Assembly (NCBI RefSeq): GCF_001194135.2
Contig: NC_068997.1
Span: 56,122,303-56,186,302 of the forward strand
DNA length: 64,000 bases
Source: Octopus bimaculoides
Taxonomy: Eukaryota
Direction of reading: 5' to 3'
The notes beneath the pieces are model-generated. The model made no database searches. It saw only the letters and a list, made by a program, of their open reading frames with translations, and was not told the origin of the DNA. This document shows positions 26,009 through 38,920 of the stretch, piece after piece. Every line of letters starts with the position of its first letter. The stretch's first letter is position 1. A program made the position numbers and the translations under genes.

Positions 26009-27689
26009 CTGTAAAGCTAAGTGTTAAAATAATAGTGTTAAAAACTAAATTTGTGAGGTGAAAAACGAAAGCTTAAGTGTAAAGTGAGGTGTGAAAGTAC
26101 ACTAGTGCCTAATGCTGTTTATCTTAAACATGTGAAACAGGAATTGAGATAAATATGGCACAAATTAGAATAACTGGCACCAGTAGAAAAGCTGCAGATA
26201 CAAAATTGAGGAATGAAATAACACATCATGTCAAAAGAATAACAAAAACCAGGTTTATTTGAATATGATAAATGAATGTAGAGGCTAAGAAATGGTATTC
26301 CTTAAAAGCTTGGTGAGGAAGGTTTTGGTGTAGTTTACTTAGAATACTTGTTTTAAAAGAATATGCCGCACACACATACATATAATATGTGTATTGGAAA
26401 GATAAAGAGGTTCCACACAAGTAAATTCATATTAAAAAATCCAACAGTGATGTTCTTTATTATGGGTAAAAGCAGGAAAATGTTCATATTTTTACCAAAA
26501 TACATTACTGGAGTCCAAAAGTTTATAGAAAAATGCATGTTACAATTTCAGTACCTTTTCTAGTTTTCTTGTATATATTTGAAGAAAGAGTTTCCAAATT
26601 TTCCTAGTGATTTTTGCTATATCGTAATCTCTAGGCAGCCAATAACTAAATCAACAAAGGAGGAGCTGCTTTCGTCCCCATCACAGTCCTAAATTTTTAT
26701 GATAAAACGAGAGGGGGGGGGGAGAAAACAATAAAGAGAAGATGAGAAAGGCAAATGACAAGAGAATGATTGCTGCATTTCCATCATTAACCCCTTTTAA
26801 TTGTTGTTTCTCATCCTTTAGTTTTGGTTAAATCACTCCATTCACTCCTTGGTTTATCTTTTGGTTTGTACATGTACATTGATATTGTAATCTGGAATAT
26901 CTTCACAGGTTTCTTGTCCTCAATTCGTGATGTGTACCACAACGTTTGCATCCAAACTAAAACGTAATCTGAAGACCAACAACAATTGTGAAGACTGAAC
27001 CTTATTCCTCTCGAATTGGAAGAGGATTTGAGTACTTGAGAAAGAAGTGTCCACTATTAGTGTACTCAATGCTTAAGATGTAATTGGTCAGCACATGGAG
27101 AAAGAAATATAAGAGTTGGTACAAAGATCACAACCAATGTTTGAAGTATCTGTGTAAAGACTTTGAAGAAGGCAGCAAGAACGTCGAACTGTTAATTCAA
27201 GACGTTGGATACAACATTGACCTTTAATTTTGTTTAATAATCTATTTCAACTGTGTTTTCCTCAAACTTTATAATCAGATGTAATTAATTGACCCGACTT
27301 TTTAAAACATTTTAATTAAATTTTAATTAAGAATTCTGGAGCATAAAATTTGCTTTAATTAAATGTGCCACTTTCGTCAGCTTTCCACTGGTGCCATTGT
27401 AACCTGTATCAGCTTAACCTGCGCCAGTATTACTGTGTACCAGCAATCTTTATCAGACTCTGGCATAAAACGTGTCTCTGACCCTTTTAAGAAGCTTTTG
27501 TACCACAAAAACAATATAATATGGATTGTATACAATTCTGATAGAAACCACAGGAAAGCAATAAAATTGTTTTGTTTTACAATAAAAGAAGATATTCATT
27601 AGCAGCTATTAACTAGCGAATAGTATTAAACCTCATCACTACCAAACTATGTTTATCATGAAAACAAAATATATTCAAATTCCTGAATA

Positions 27690-28075
27690 ATTCATCATCA
27701 TCATCATTGTTTAACGTCCGTTTTCCACGCTGGCATGGGTTGGACAGTTTGATTGAGATCTGGAGAGCCAGCGGCTGCACCAGGCTCCAATCTGATCTGG
27801 CAATGTTTCTACAGCTGGATGCCCTTCCTCTTGCCAACCACTCTGAGGGTGTAGTGGGTGTTTTTTATGTGCCACCAGCACAGGAGACAGTCGGGAGGCA
27901 CTGCCATTGATCACGTTCGGGTAGTACTTTTTACGTGCCATCGGCATGGGAACTAGTCAGGAGGCACTGGCCACGGCTACGATATTGGTTTTACTTGACC
28001 CAACAGATCTTCTCAAGCACATCATATCGTCCGACGCATCAGGGGCACTCTTAACTGGCCCTGACATGCATGGCT
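27690..28075 (-). mobile_element. Retroposon family B, longer copy
   Basis: catcatcatcattgtttaacgtccgttttccacgctggcatgggttggacag...ggatgcccttcct...gccaaccactc. Confidence 0.85.
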
Positions 28076-28419
28076 GTGATCTCACTTTAGTTGTCAGGTC
28101 TTTTCAATCACAGCATTAAAATAAAAAAATTATTTCTGAAATTTAACTCCAGCCAAATTAGTGATCCTATATGGGAGTCAAAAATAAAGTTGACTGGTTC
28201 TAAGCACTTAACTATATTAAGTAATATCTATGATATGGTTCTGTTGGTGGTGTTTCTGAAGCCCAGGTCAGTCTTGATTCAATGGTCATGTGATCAAAGA
28301 CATTCTGGCCTTGCCAATCTGTTTGATTTATTAAATCAAATATGTTGTTGCTGAATAACATCTCATTAAGGCATTCAATTCTCTCTGACGGTTCTCTAAT
28401 TCTTTCCTTTTTGACACAG

Positions 28420-28488
28420 CAAACCCTTTTTGAGACCTTCATAAAAATGGAGCATAAATATGTTGCAAAGTTTTCTGTCCAGTATCTG
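28420..28488 (+). CDS. Candidate exon, phase 0->0: QTLFETFIKMEHKYVAKFSVQYL
   Basis: Acceptor tctttcctttttgacacag, donor CTG|gtatgt, only one open frame. Confidence 0.4.
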
Positions 28489-30254
28489 GTATGTAAACAA
28501 GCCAGCCGTCTAAATGTAGACTTCCTGTTTGTCAGATTCATGATAAATGCTGTTTAAAATACTTTGAAAAATTCCTGTTTCCATAAACAGTGAGCAAATT
28601 CAAAAGAAACTTACAAATTTTATCAGCAGAGGTTACAAGAACGAAGAATGTTTCTCTTGTAAAGTGGGGAAGGATATCAGACACTTTCATGATGCTTTCA
28701 ATTAAACACATTCATTATCAAATATTTTGTTCTTTCTTTAAAGACTCAAAAATAATGATGGTTCATTATAATAATTACAATATATCAGGAACAGAGGTAA
28801 TTATTTTATAGTTTATATTTTGATGAATATGATGATATCTATGTATCAGCAATATTGATTATTTATAAATTTAATCTTCACATGAAACTGTTCAGTTACT
28901 CTTTCTGAGAATTGTAGTATCACGTTCTAGCCATACATATTGGTTCCAAATTTTGGCACAAAGACAGCAATTCTGGGAGAGAGGATAGGTCAGTTATATC
29001 AATCCCAGTACATAACTGGTACTTACTTTATCGATCCTGAAAAGATGAAATGTAAAGTCAACCTCAGTGGAATTTCAACCCAGATCTTAAAAGACAACTG
29101 AAATACCACTAGGTATTTAGCCCAGCATGCAAATGATTCTGCCAGCGTGACAGCCTGTTCTTGCCATATACACTGATAGCAGTAATTTCATGGGGGACAT
29201 GTCTACTAGTTTTGCTGAACATTTAAAATATTAACGCAGCCATGAAAAAGCACAGCATTAATATAATAATCTGAGCTCCTCGTTAAACAATAATTAGCTG
29301 GGGCAAGTCAATTAGTTCCTGTTGAAACCCTTTCCAACAACATACCATTCTAACTAACCCCCCCCCCCCAATCAACCTGTGTCTACTTAATACATTCTCC
29401 CTCCACTCAACATTCCACTCACTTTATTCAATCCCCAATCCACTTCACAATACACACCTCTCACATCTTCACCATCTCTCTCTCTCTCCCCTCTCCTCTT
29501 TCTCTTCTCAAATGAAATAGCCATGCATCTCCTCCACTGCAAGACACCTATTCCTGTCCCTTTATTTGGACCCTAACTCTACCCTTCGTGAGGCCTGAAG
29601 CCATTGCTCTCCACTTTTGTTGTGGGCTGCTTTTATTCCACAGCTTACTTGGGGCAGCGCTCAGCAAAGTATTTCACCGCTTGAACAGTGTCCAGCCATT
29701 AACACCAAAGCCGAAGTGGACAGTAGAGCTTGGTGTGGTCTTCTGACTTGCAAAATGCTCCAACCCATGCCGGCATAGAAATCAGACATTCAATGATGAT
29801 GCTGATGGGGATGATGAGTTCAATTGATCATCCTGAATATGGTGAACCACAAGACATATTCAATTCTCGTGAATAATTCTCACCCTTGGTGTTCAGGTTT
29901 AAGAATATGGAAAAAGTGCACATTAGACATGAATAGAGAAATCTTGTATGGAATGTAAGAATTGTGAAATCGCCAGTCCCACCTAATATCTCTAAACTTT
30001 CTAATATAAAGCAGAGCCATTCTTCTCATTAAGACTCAAGATAAGAAGCTTAATTAAATTTAAATTATTATATTCTGTGGCATCCTTCTTGTTTTGGTAT
30101 TTAAAGCATTGTAATTATCGGGTTAATTAATGCTGTATAACATTTTAATGAATCTTGCTTAGTGTGATTGGGTACAATCAGAATGAATTTGTAAAATTAA
30201 AGACTCATTATTTTCCTCATCACAAAAGGCCCTCATTGGTTCTTATACGCTTAC

Positions 30255-30345
30255 GATTCCTCCTCCCACCGCTATTACAAGGGGAACCTTTATAGTTGAA
30301 GGGACAAACTTATCACTGCTGTAGTGACTGTCTCGTAGTTTTACT
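30255..30345 (-). CDS. Candidate exon, phase 2->0: VKLRDSHYSSDKFVPSTIKVPLVIAVGGGI
   Basis: Acceptor gacttttaccattgcag, donor ATC|gtaagc, only one open frame. Confidence 0.3.
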
Positions 30346-30677
30346 CTGCAATGGTAAAAGTCAGTTAAGAATTCAGATGTCATGGGAAAACATGACTTAT
30401 GTTTTAAACCATTGGTTCTCAACGACCCTTTTCCCCTTTGGACTCTTCTGGTCCCTATTTTACTCAGGTGGAGCCCCATAACCATTCAGTGTTTAAAATA
30501 TCGTTTTTTTTTTTAGAATTATAACCAAATTTATTGCCCAAATTTTAACAATAAAATTTCATATGGAATCAGGTTGAAGACCAATGTTTTAGAGGAAACA
30601 ATTAGTTATTTTTCCCTATCAGAGAAAACATTTGTACCACAAACATCATATTTTATTATTAAAGCAGTTTAAAGTAG

Positions 30678-31125
30678 TGAATCAGCAGAATTGGAAGGAT
30701 GCTAAACAAAATGCTTCTTAGCATTTACCTTCATCTTTATGTTCTGAGTTCAAATTCTGCTGAGGCTGACTTTGTTTTTTATTCTTTTGAGCTCAAGAAA
30801 GTAAGTACCAGTGGGACCCTGGGGACTGATGTAATCAATTTACCCCTCCCCCAAAACTTCTGGTCTTGTTCTTTTAATGGAAAGGATTATTAAGACAGTT
30901 AACGGGGCTGAGCTATCAGAGTCGTTAGTGTGCTTGACGAAATGCTTAGTGGTGCTTCACCCTTCGCTACATTCTGAGTTGAAATTCTGCCGAGGTCAGC
31001 TTTGCCTTTCATCCTTTTGGGGTCAACAAATTAAGTACCAGTGAAATTCTGGGGGGTCAATGTAATCAACTAGTCCCTTCCTCCCACCACAAAAAAACTT
31101 TAGGCCTTGTGCCTATAACAGAAAG
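30678..31125 (+). mobile_element. Two head-to-tail SINE family A copies (30678-30872, 30904-31125)
   Basis: Both carry aaatgctt...ttctgagtt.aaattctgc.gagg..gac/agctttg...aagtaccagtg...ggg...atgtaatcaa. Confidence 0.8.
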
Positions 31126-31486
31126 ACAGTTTATTGAGAACAACCTTATCTAATATAATTCGATTAAGACTGCAGAGCATGAATCAAAGAAGAATTGGCT
31201 GCTATTTCTGACTCTATAAAGAACCTCCACCATTAGCTTCATAGAATGAAATTATTTTGAATAAAGAGATTTGATGAATGAGAGGTTAATATTAAGACTG
31301 TCTGGTGTCTGTTTTTTTTTTTCTTTTACTTTTCTTTATTGTCAACTTATGTCAGCAGCAATGTTCTTGGGAAAAGAATGATTATTGCAACTTTCTGTTT
31401 GTATCTTAAAATTTTTCTTAAGTATTTATTTCTGTAACTTTTGAGTTAGTAAGCTATTGGTAAAGTGCAACTATTGATATATAAAC

Positions 31487-31520
<34 letters not shown>

Positions 31521-31525
31521 CTATC

Positions 31526-31556
<31 letters not shown>

Positions 31557-31675
31557 CTCTCTATCTATCTATCTATATANNNNNNNNNNNNNNNNNNNNN
31601 NNNNNNNNNNNNNNNNNNNNNNNNNNNNNNNNNNNNNNNNNNNNNNNNNNNNNNNNNNNNNNNNNNATATATCTG

Positions 31676-31706
<31 letters not shown>

Positions 31707-31749
31707 GTTCTCTGTGGATCGTTCTATCTAGTTTTCTATATTTATCTTT

Positions 31750-31985
31750 TGGTAAAATGGCATCTTTCTCTGTTGGTTTTTTAAGTTTGTTCAGGAGTCT
31801 TTTAGATCTGATTAAGCAATTTTCCTTCACTGTTTCTGACATGAAATGACTTTTTCTAATCGCATAAGGTTTGTATCTGATGTCTTTGTGGACAACATTT
31901 CAGATTGTTCCTTCTGACACATGGTGTTCTGTCAGCCTGACTCCTTCAGGCTTCTGGAATTACCAAAGCCCGAGGGAGTCTGGCT
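31750..31985 (-). mobile_element. maT/DD37D-like Tc1-mariner transposase fragment
   Basis: Minus translation HVSEGTI*NVVHKDIRYKPYAIRKSHFMSETVKENCLIRSKRLLNKLK matches the region just before the first catalytic D of maT-type transposases. Confidence 0.7.
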
Positions 31986-32641
31986 CCTAATAGGGGCCTG
32001 CAAAACTTGAAGTAGCAGGAAACTGAATGAAGCTGTTTTAAATAATAGTTATACATGCTTGTGTGTGTATAAGTGTATGTATGCATTTATAGACATACAC
32101 ACACACATAATGTATATATGGGTGAAGTGTAGAGTGGTTTGTTTCCCTTTATGCTTCCAAATAACTGAGCCAATCAATAAATAGAGATCAATAAAATAAT
32201 TGCCAGACTGAAATAAATACTAGGTGAGTGGGGAGGATGGTGGTGGTGTTATGACTGACTAAACACCTTGAAGGTATTGCCTAAGCATGGCCACACACCA
32301 ATGACTGAAACCAATAAAAGAATAGCGCCTTGTCAAAGAGAAATACGAAAATTAGAGAGAAGAATTTTGTATTGTTTATTTGTGTTTCTGCTGCCATTAA
32401 AATCTCGATATTCAATCGTTTATTGCAACTATCTATTTTATTGTCACAATCTTTTCAAGCTGTATTTTGAAAATTCTTGTCTGACCATCAAATTAATTCC
32501 TAAAGATTTGATTTGTTTCAAGTAATTAGATACAATTCAATTTTCAACTGACTAAAAGAATTTTCATTTCAGTGTTGAACACACACACAAATATATATGC
32601 GTATATATATGTGTGTGTGTGTGTGTGTGTATATTTATATG

Positions 32642-32687
<46 letters not shown>

Positions 32688-33752
32688 GGTATATATGTAT
32701 ATGTATGTATTCATGTGTATGTGTGTTTTCTTTCTATTTGACAATTTTCTTTCTCTGGTTGTGGACATTAACTTAACTCCTCCCTTGTGTGGTTTGGGGA
32801 ACAAGTTTCTTACTCAGACACGACAGAATCTAAGAACTTTTTTTTTTTTATTTATGTATTTATGGGTTTCAGCCAAGTGGCTGCGGTCATGCTGGTGCAC
32901 CAGTCTAATGTTTTAAGTTGATTTGTTTATAAGCATTAAGAAGAATGGCTGGAAGAAACATAAAAACGCAAGTCTGCTGGATACTAAACCACAATTTGTT
33001 TCTTTCAACAGGCCATGAAGCCTCTGTGATCTAGAATTATCTTGTGTTGAGAAGAAGAAGAAGAAGGAGGAGGAGGAGGAGGACCCTGTGATTGCTATTG
33101 GATTGTTAATAGTTGTCAGTCTTTCAGCCCAATATGAACAACATCCTTTAGGCAGAGCTCTGTGATTTAGAAGTTGATTTCCCAATTATGATTGAAACAA
33201 ATGAAAGAATATATGTTTGTGTGTGTGTGTATGTGCAACATAATTCTTGCATATCATTGAATATGAACAAGCACCCAGTACATTCTATAAAATGGTTGGC
33301 ATTGGGAAAGGCATCCAGCCATAGAAACTATGCTGAAGCTGAAATTGTAGCTCAATGTGGCCTTGCAGCTAGCTGGACCTTGTCAAATCCTTCAACCCAT
33401 ACCAGCATGAAAGAAACAAAATATAACCATGTGTGTATGTGTGTATCTTCTTAGCTTGATATGAAATGACAGTCGTAAATAAGCATCACTGTCATACACG
33501 TGGTAGCATTTGTTTCCAGTCCCCTCCTCTTCACATAAAACTGTGGATGAAAGCATTCCTTTTGTGACCAACCTGACATTTTGTACACCAGAGCATATCC
33601 TGTCCAAAGTGTCCCAATTATTTCAATCATTTCAAGAATGACTTGGCTGCTATTTTTAGCATGTCCTCTGATATCATAGCGGCTTGCTCCAGGTTTTTCT
33701 CATAGGGTCAGTTTTAAACTGGGCAGTACAAAACGCTACCTTCTCTGTTTAG

Positions 33753-33813
33753 TCTGTGCTTCATCCTGGTTCTGCCTCGATCCTCCTGACACACAATCAA
33801 CAAAATTCTAAAG
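33753..33813 (+). CDS. Candidate exon, phase 0->1: SVLHPGSASILLTHNQQNSK
   Basis: Acceptor ctaccttctctgtttag, donor AAG|gtaatc, only one open frame. Confidence 0.35.
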
Positions 33814-34519
33814 GTAATCACCTTTTGGCCTGTTTTTCAGACAAAACCACTGTATTCATTTTCTTTTTCATAATGGATGGTGTGTTTCAAAAAATTTCGA
33901 CTACTATTTCTAGCTGGTCAACTGACCACATCACAATTCACTTGTCAACTTCTATAAGCTACCTGTAGCTATGATACACACACACACACACACATATATA
34001 CCATCCCATGGCTATAAGTCAGATCAGTGACTCTGTCAGGAGTTTAGTATTACACTGCTTATGGCATATAAAATATTGATCTCTCAGTTTGGTTTGGTTT
34101 GGATCAGTTGTTTAGCTAATAAGTCAAATAGTTTTTCAGGTGAATTGTTGATTCAATTTATCTACAAATGATTTGAAACAAGATCAATAAAACACAGATC
34201 TATGCGGAGAATATGTGTGTTGATTCAATCAACTATATCCTATTCTTTAGAAAACATGCCAACTTAAAAGAATTCCTACTTGTAGGAGAGAATTCAACTT
34301 TAGATCAAATTAGATAATGAAATTTCTTGTCTATTTCGGTTTAACTTGCTCCTCCGTCTTCAAAACCATTCATTTTTCTAGTCTCCTCTGCTCTGTTGTT
34401 TGGTAAGTGAAATGCTTTACTGCTTTATTCTCATCACAACAATTCACTTGATATCAAAACTTAATACTTAAGTATCTCACTGCCTTCCTCTTGAACATTG
34501 AAACTATTTCATTTTCAGA

Positions 34520-34660
34520 CCAGGAAGGGCATCCAGCTGTAGAAACATTGCCAGATCAGATTGGAGCCTGGTGCAGCCTTCTGGCTCGCCAGTCCTCAGT
34601 CAAACCGTCCAACCCATGCCAGCATGGAAAAGCGGACATTAAATGACAACAACGATGATG
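34520..34660 (+). mobile_element. Retroposon family B 3' end
   Basis: ggaagggcatccagctgtagaaacattgccagatcagattggagcc...gcggacattaaatgacaacaacgatgatgat; other copies at 3910-3990(-), 14503-14600(-), 29690-29815, 35620-35780(-), 42990-43230, 43620-43885(-). Confidence 0.85.
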
Positions 34661-37600
34661 ATCATCAACAAAATAAAATGAAAAGCACCCCGACCCCCAA
34701 AATAAATATTTTTTATAATTTTGGAGGGATTTCTGGTTATACTGTAATTATACTGAGACATTAAATTAAAAAAGATCATTTTTGCAATTGCCTTTGTTAT
34801 TAACTTCATACTGACACAGTCCCACACTCATCATTAGTAGAATTCCATAATTAGGCTTTGCTTTCCAAATTTATAATTTTCTCATTGCCATTATTGACAT
34901 CATCATTGTCTACATTGTTTCATTGCTGTTGTCATCAACATCATCATCAACATCATCGTCAACTCAAAGTTAGGAAAGTGACATCATTTTCTGCAAGTAG
35001 AAGACAGGGGAATGGCCAGAACTAATGCCACAACTGAGAATCAGACTTAGTTCTCTTGAAGGTCACCATAAATCTACAACATTCACTTCTTTGGGAACAT
35101 AGAATAAACTAAGACCTACAAAGTCTTAGAGTCTCTCTCTCTCTGTTTATTTTACAGACAAAAACTAAGCAAATATTATTAGAAACCTGTTCAGTCTACA
35201 GATTTCTGTGAATGAAAAATATACTTCTTTCTTCTTCGGTTGAACACAGTAAGTTTTTGTGTATTGGTCTGGTGAAATCAGAAGTTTTAGAGAAGTAAAG
35301 AAGAAATATTACCAAAATAGTAATGTAGAAAATCTTTGTGATTTGGAGAGAAAAAAAAAAACCCCGAAAAACAAATTGGAAAAGCTTTATTGATTCTTAT
35401 GATAAATGTAGTGAAGCGGCCCTAAATAGATATATAGCTGCAAATATGCACCAAAATGCTGTAAGTGCATCAAAGTAAATAATAAATTTTTTAAAAAAAG
35501 CACATTCTTGTAAATCGTCACCATCACCATCATCATCATCATCATCATCACTCCTGCTGCTGCCAATGCCACTACTGCCAACGCCACCACCACTACCGCT
35601 GCCACCATCACCACCACCACCACCACCATTTGAAGTCCACTTTCCATGCTGGAATGGGTTGAATGGTTTGACAGGGAACTCCCCAGGCTCCCCTTGTCTA
35701 TTTTGACCATGGTTCCTCCAGTTGGACACCCTTCCTAACACCATCCATTTTACAGAGTGTACTGGATGCATTTTATGCAACATCGACATGTTTCCATTTT
35801 GATATGGAGCAGATGGAATCTGTTGAGGCAGATCTTCTATGGCCACATTTCATTCTTGTCACTAATTCTCATTTGTTTCCAAATCATATATTTCACCATA
35901 GTCAGACATGATTCCATGCAAGATTAAAAACAAATGACACCGCATGTATAACAGGTGTACTCGCTTACAACTGTCTTGTGATCTCAAGTTAAGGACACAC
36001 ACACAAGTATGCAATAGGCTTTTCTCAGTTTCCATCTACCAAATCCTCTGAGAAAGCTTTGGTCAGCTTAGGACTATAATTGACGTCATTTCCTTAAGGT
36101 GCCACACAGTGGGACTGAACCCAGAACCATATAGTTGGGAGGCAAACTTCTTAAGCTCACAGCCATGCACACACCTTCCTCGTGTAAATGAATCATTCAT
36201 TTTACCTTGTTTGTAGGTTGTTTTATTGTTTAGTTTATGCTTCTCGAATTCTAGATGAATGATTCTGTAACATATAAAGTTTCAGTTAAAATTATTTATT
36301 TTATTTTATAGGTTTTATGAAATATATCTTGTCTTTAATGAATCTAAATTACTTCTATTAAATATCTAAATACCTTTACAATTGTTGCTGCTCAGTAACT
36401 TAATATATTTATATATTTTAACATCAGATAATTTAGTATGATAGTAAGATTGTAGAGACTGTCCACATTTCAATTATATGGGAGACTGTAAATGTCATAA
36501 TTTTATCTCACAACAACATTTATGGCAAGTGTTTGGCAAATTTCACAGAACATAAAAGAACTGGTCTAAATTGAGCTATAATTTTTAATGGAATATTAAG
36601 ATAACTCGGAAATATTTTAAAGCTCAGAACCAAGAGATGCAGTTCACTTATGACTTAACGTTTAGATTTCTCCTGTCAACAGTAAATAATATAATTTTCA
36701 CTTGTTCATATGTCTTCAGTTTTAATCCCTACACTGAAATTAGGCTGGCTGGGGTCACAGTTGAGGTTAGAACTTATTATCAAAGGTTCAAGAGATTAAA
36801 GTTTCATCGATGCCTTCTTATCACTTCATCCATCATTTCACAGGAAATATATTTATAATCAGCTAAGCCAGTTAATTTTATCGATTAATTTACATCAAGT
36901 AAATCTACATCATAATTATATCACTCCACAAAAGTCTACCTACCAAGTTGAAGTCACAAGCATTTCTCGCTCACCATTTAATTCTTCTTCAAAAAGCGTC
37001 ACACATCCTATTCTTGCGTTCATTTCCTGGTTATTTCTATTTATAGAATACTGGGCCATTTTATGTAGCATTAGGGCTATATGCTAGACATAGAAGTCAA
37101 GTCAACCTCAAATCACAGTCTGCAACTTTAAAAAGTGAAGGACACCATTGACTGTGTCTGAAGCAATAGAACCATAATTGCTATTAGAATGTCTTTAGTG
37201 ATGTAGTCCAAAATATATTATGCCTTAAGCAAAACCAGGATGACCACCACATTGATTTCAAATTTTGGCACAAGGCTAGCAGTTTTGTGGGAAGGAGTAA
37301 ACCAATTACATCGACCCCAGTATTCAACTGGTACTTATTCCATCGACCTTGAAAGGGTGACAGGCAAAGTGGACAGCAGCAGAATTTGAACTCAGAATGT
37401 GAAGACAGACAAACTGCCGTTAACCATTTTTGCCCAGCATACAAACAATTCTGGCAGGTTGGTGCCCCAGAAGAATGATTACATATTGAATGTCGTTGAT
37501 TGGAGGTCTGCTTCAGGATTGATCTGGGCTTAATAACAACAACAATAACAAGAAGGACAAGACCAACTTCATATTTTGTGATTAGGAATTTATAGGAAAT

Positions 37601-38499
37601 GGACAAACAGGTAATTGTTTGGCTTTACATGAGTTAATTGAAAAGAGGTGGTTCATAGCCACAGTCTTTTCCCACCATTGCATATTAAAGAGGTTGGTGC
37701 AGTTTTGGGAAGGAAAGAAGTTGGTGATGCTGTTTAGAGTATTAAAGAGGCTGCTACATTGTGTAGTATTAGATGCTGGTGCAGTGTACATCATCAAAGA
37801 TGTTGGCTGTGCAATGTGCATTTATGGTGGGTGGTGCTGTGTGGTGTTTTATGCCTTATCAACAATGAAACGGTTAAGAACTGGGAGCCAAAATGTTTCA
37901 TGAATCTGTAAGACTCATCTAAGTAAATCCAGTGGATTTTAGTTTAGAATTAGAAATGTGGATTCCATCAAAGATCTACAGTGCCAACAATGATAATTCA
38001 ATAGAAGAGTTTGTACAAACTGGCATATGGTCAGTTTCTATGTGGAATAGAACGTCTGACATTTTGGGGCTCAGGTCCATCAACAGGACAAGAAAGGTTG
38101 TTGTCCTTATCTGCCATATCTAGCATATATAGAAATATTGATTTCAAATTTTGACACAAGGCCGGCAAGGGATTAAGTTAATTACAGCGACCACCAGTGC
38201 TCAACCAACACTTATTTTATTGAGTCCCAAGGGATGAAGGCAAATTGGCCTCAACAGAATTTGAACTCAGAACACAAAGCATTTTGCCTGGCATCCTGAC
38301 AATTCTGCCAGGTTGCTGCCTGAGATGATATAAATAAATATGAGGTGAGTGGAGGCAGAATTCCTTTGTATTATACTTGTTATGACTTTTGTGTCAAATC
38401 CAATTAGAAAGAAAATAAAGGGATTAAGATTATCTGGGATTAATTATCCTCTTTTGCATCATTGTCAGTGGTTGTGGAAATGTTTTGTGCTTACCCAAG

Positions 38500-38920
38500 C
38501 AGGAATCATTTATCCAACATACAATGCTGGATGTGGAATACAAAGATGGATGGATATAGGAATATAAATGAACTGAGAAAAGAAAAAAAAAAAGAATATA
38601 AAAGAAATTGGTTGCAGAAGAAAGACAAGTGAGAAACATGTTGTAATAAGAGGAACCACTTTTAGAAGAAGGAGAACTGAAATGGCGAAGATGTGAGTCA
38701 TGCGGAAGATGATGATTGGTGAGAAGAGGAGACGAGTATGCAAATAGAAAGGATTCCAAGGTGGATGTGGGAAAAGCTAGCAGTAACTGATTGTCAAAAG
38801 GTTGAACTTCATGAAGGAAATGGCAAAGGACCAATTAGGGCAAGATAGTGGAGAAAAACCTTTCAGTTCATGCAAGCATGGAAAAGTGGGCATAAAATGA
38901 TGACGATGGTGGTGGTGGTA
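38500..38920 (+). mobile_element. Decayed RTE-type LINE 3' end
   Basis: Translation remnants resemble L+W+GHVMR...VKK...G..GRG.P..TW; ends gcatggaaaagtgggcataaaatgatgacgatg, similar to the family B tail. Confidence 0.6.

Noticed and set aside
35158-35248. Segment with strong acceptor and ACA|gtaagt donor
   Set aside because: Stops in all three frames; at most a non-coding or pseudo-exon.
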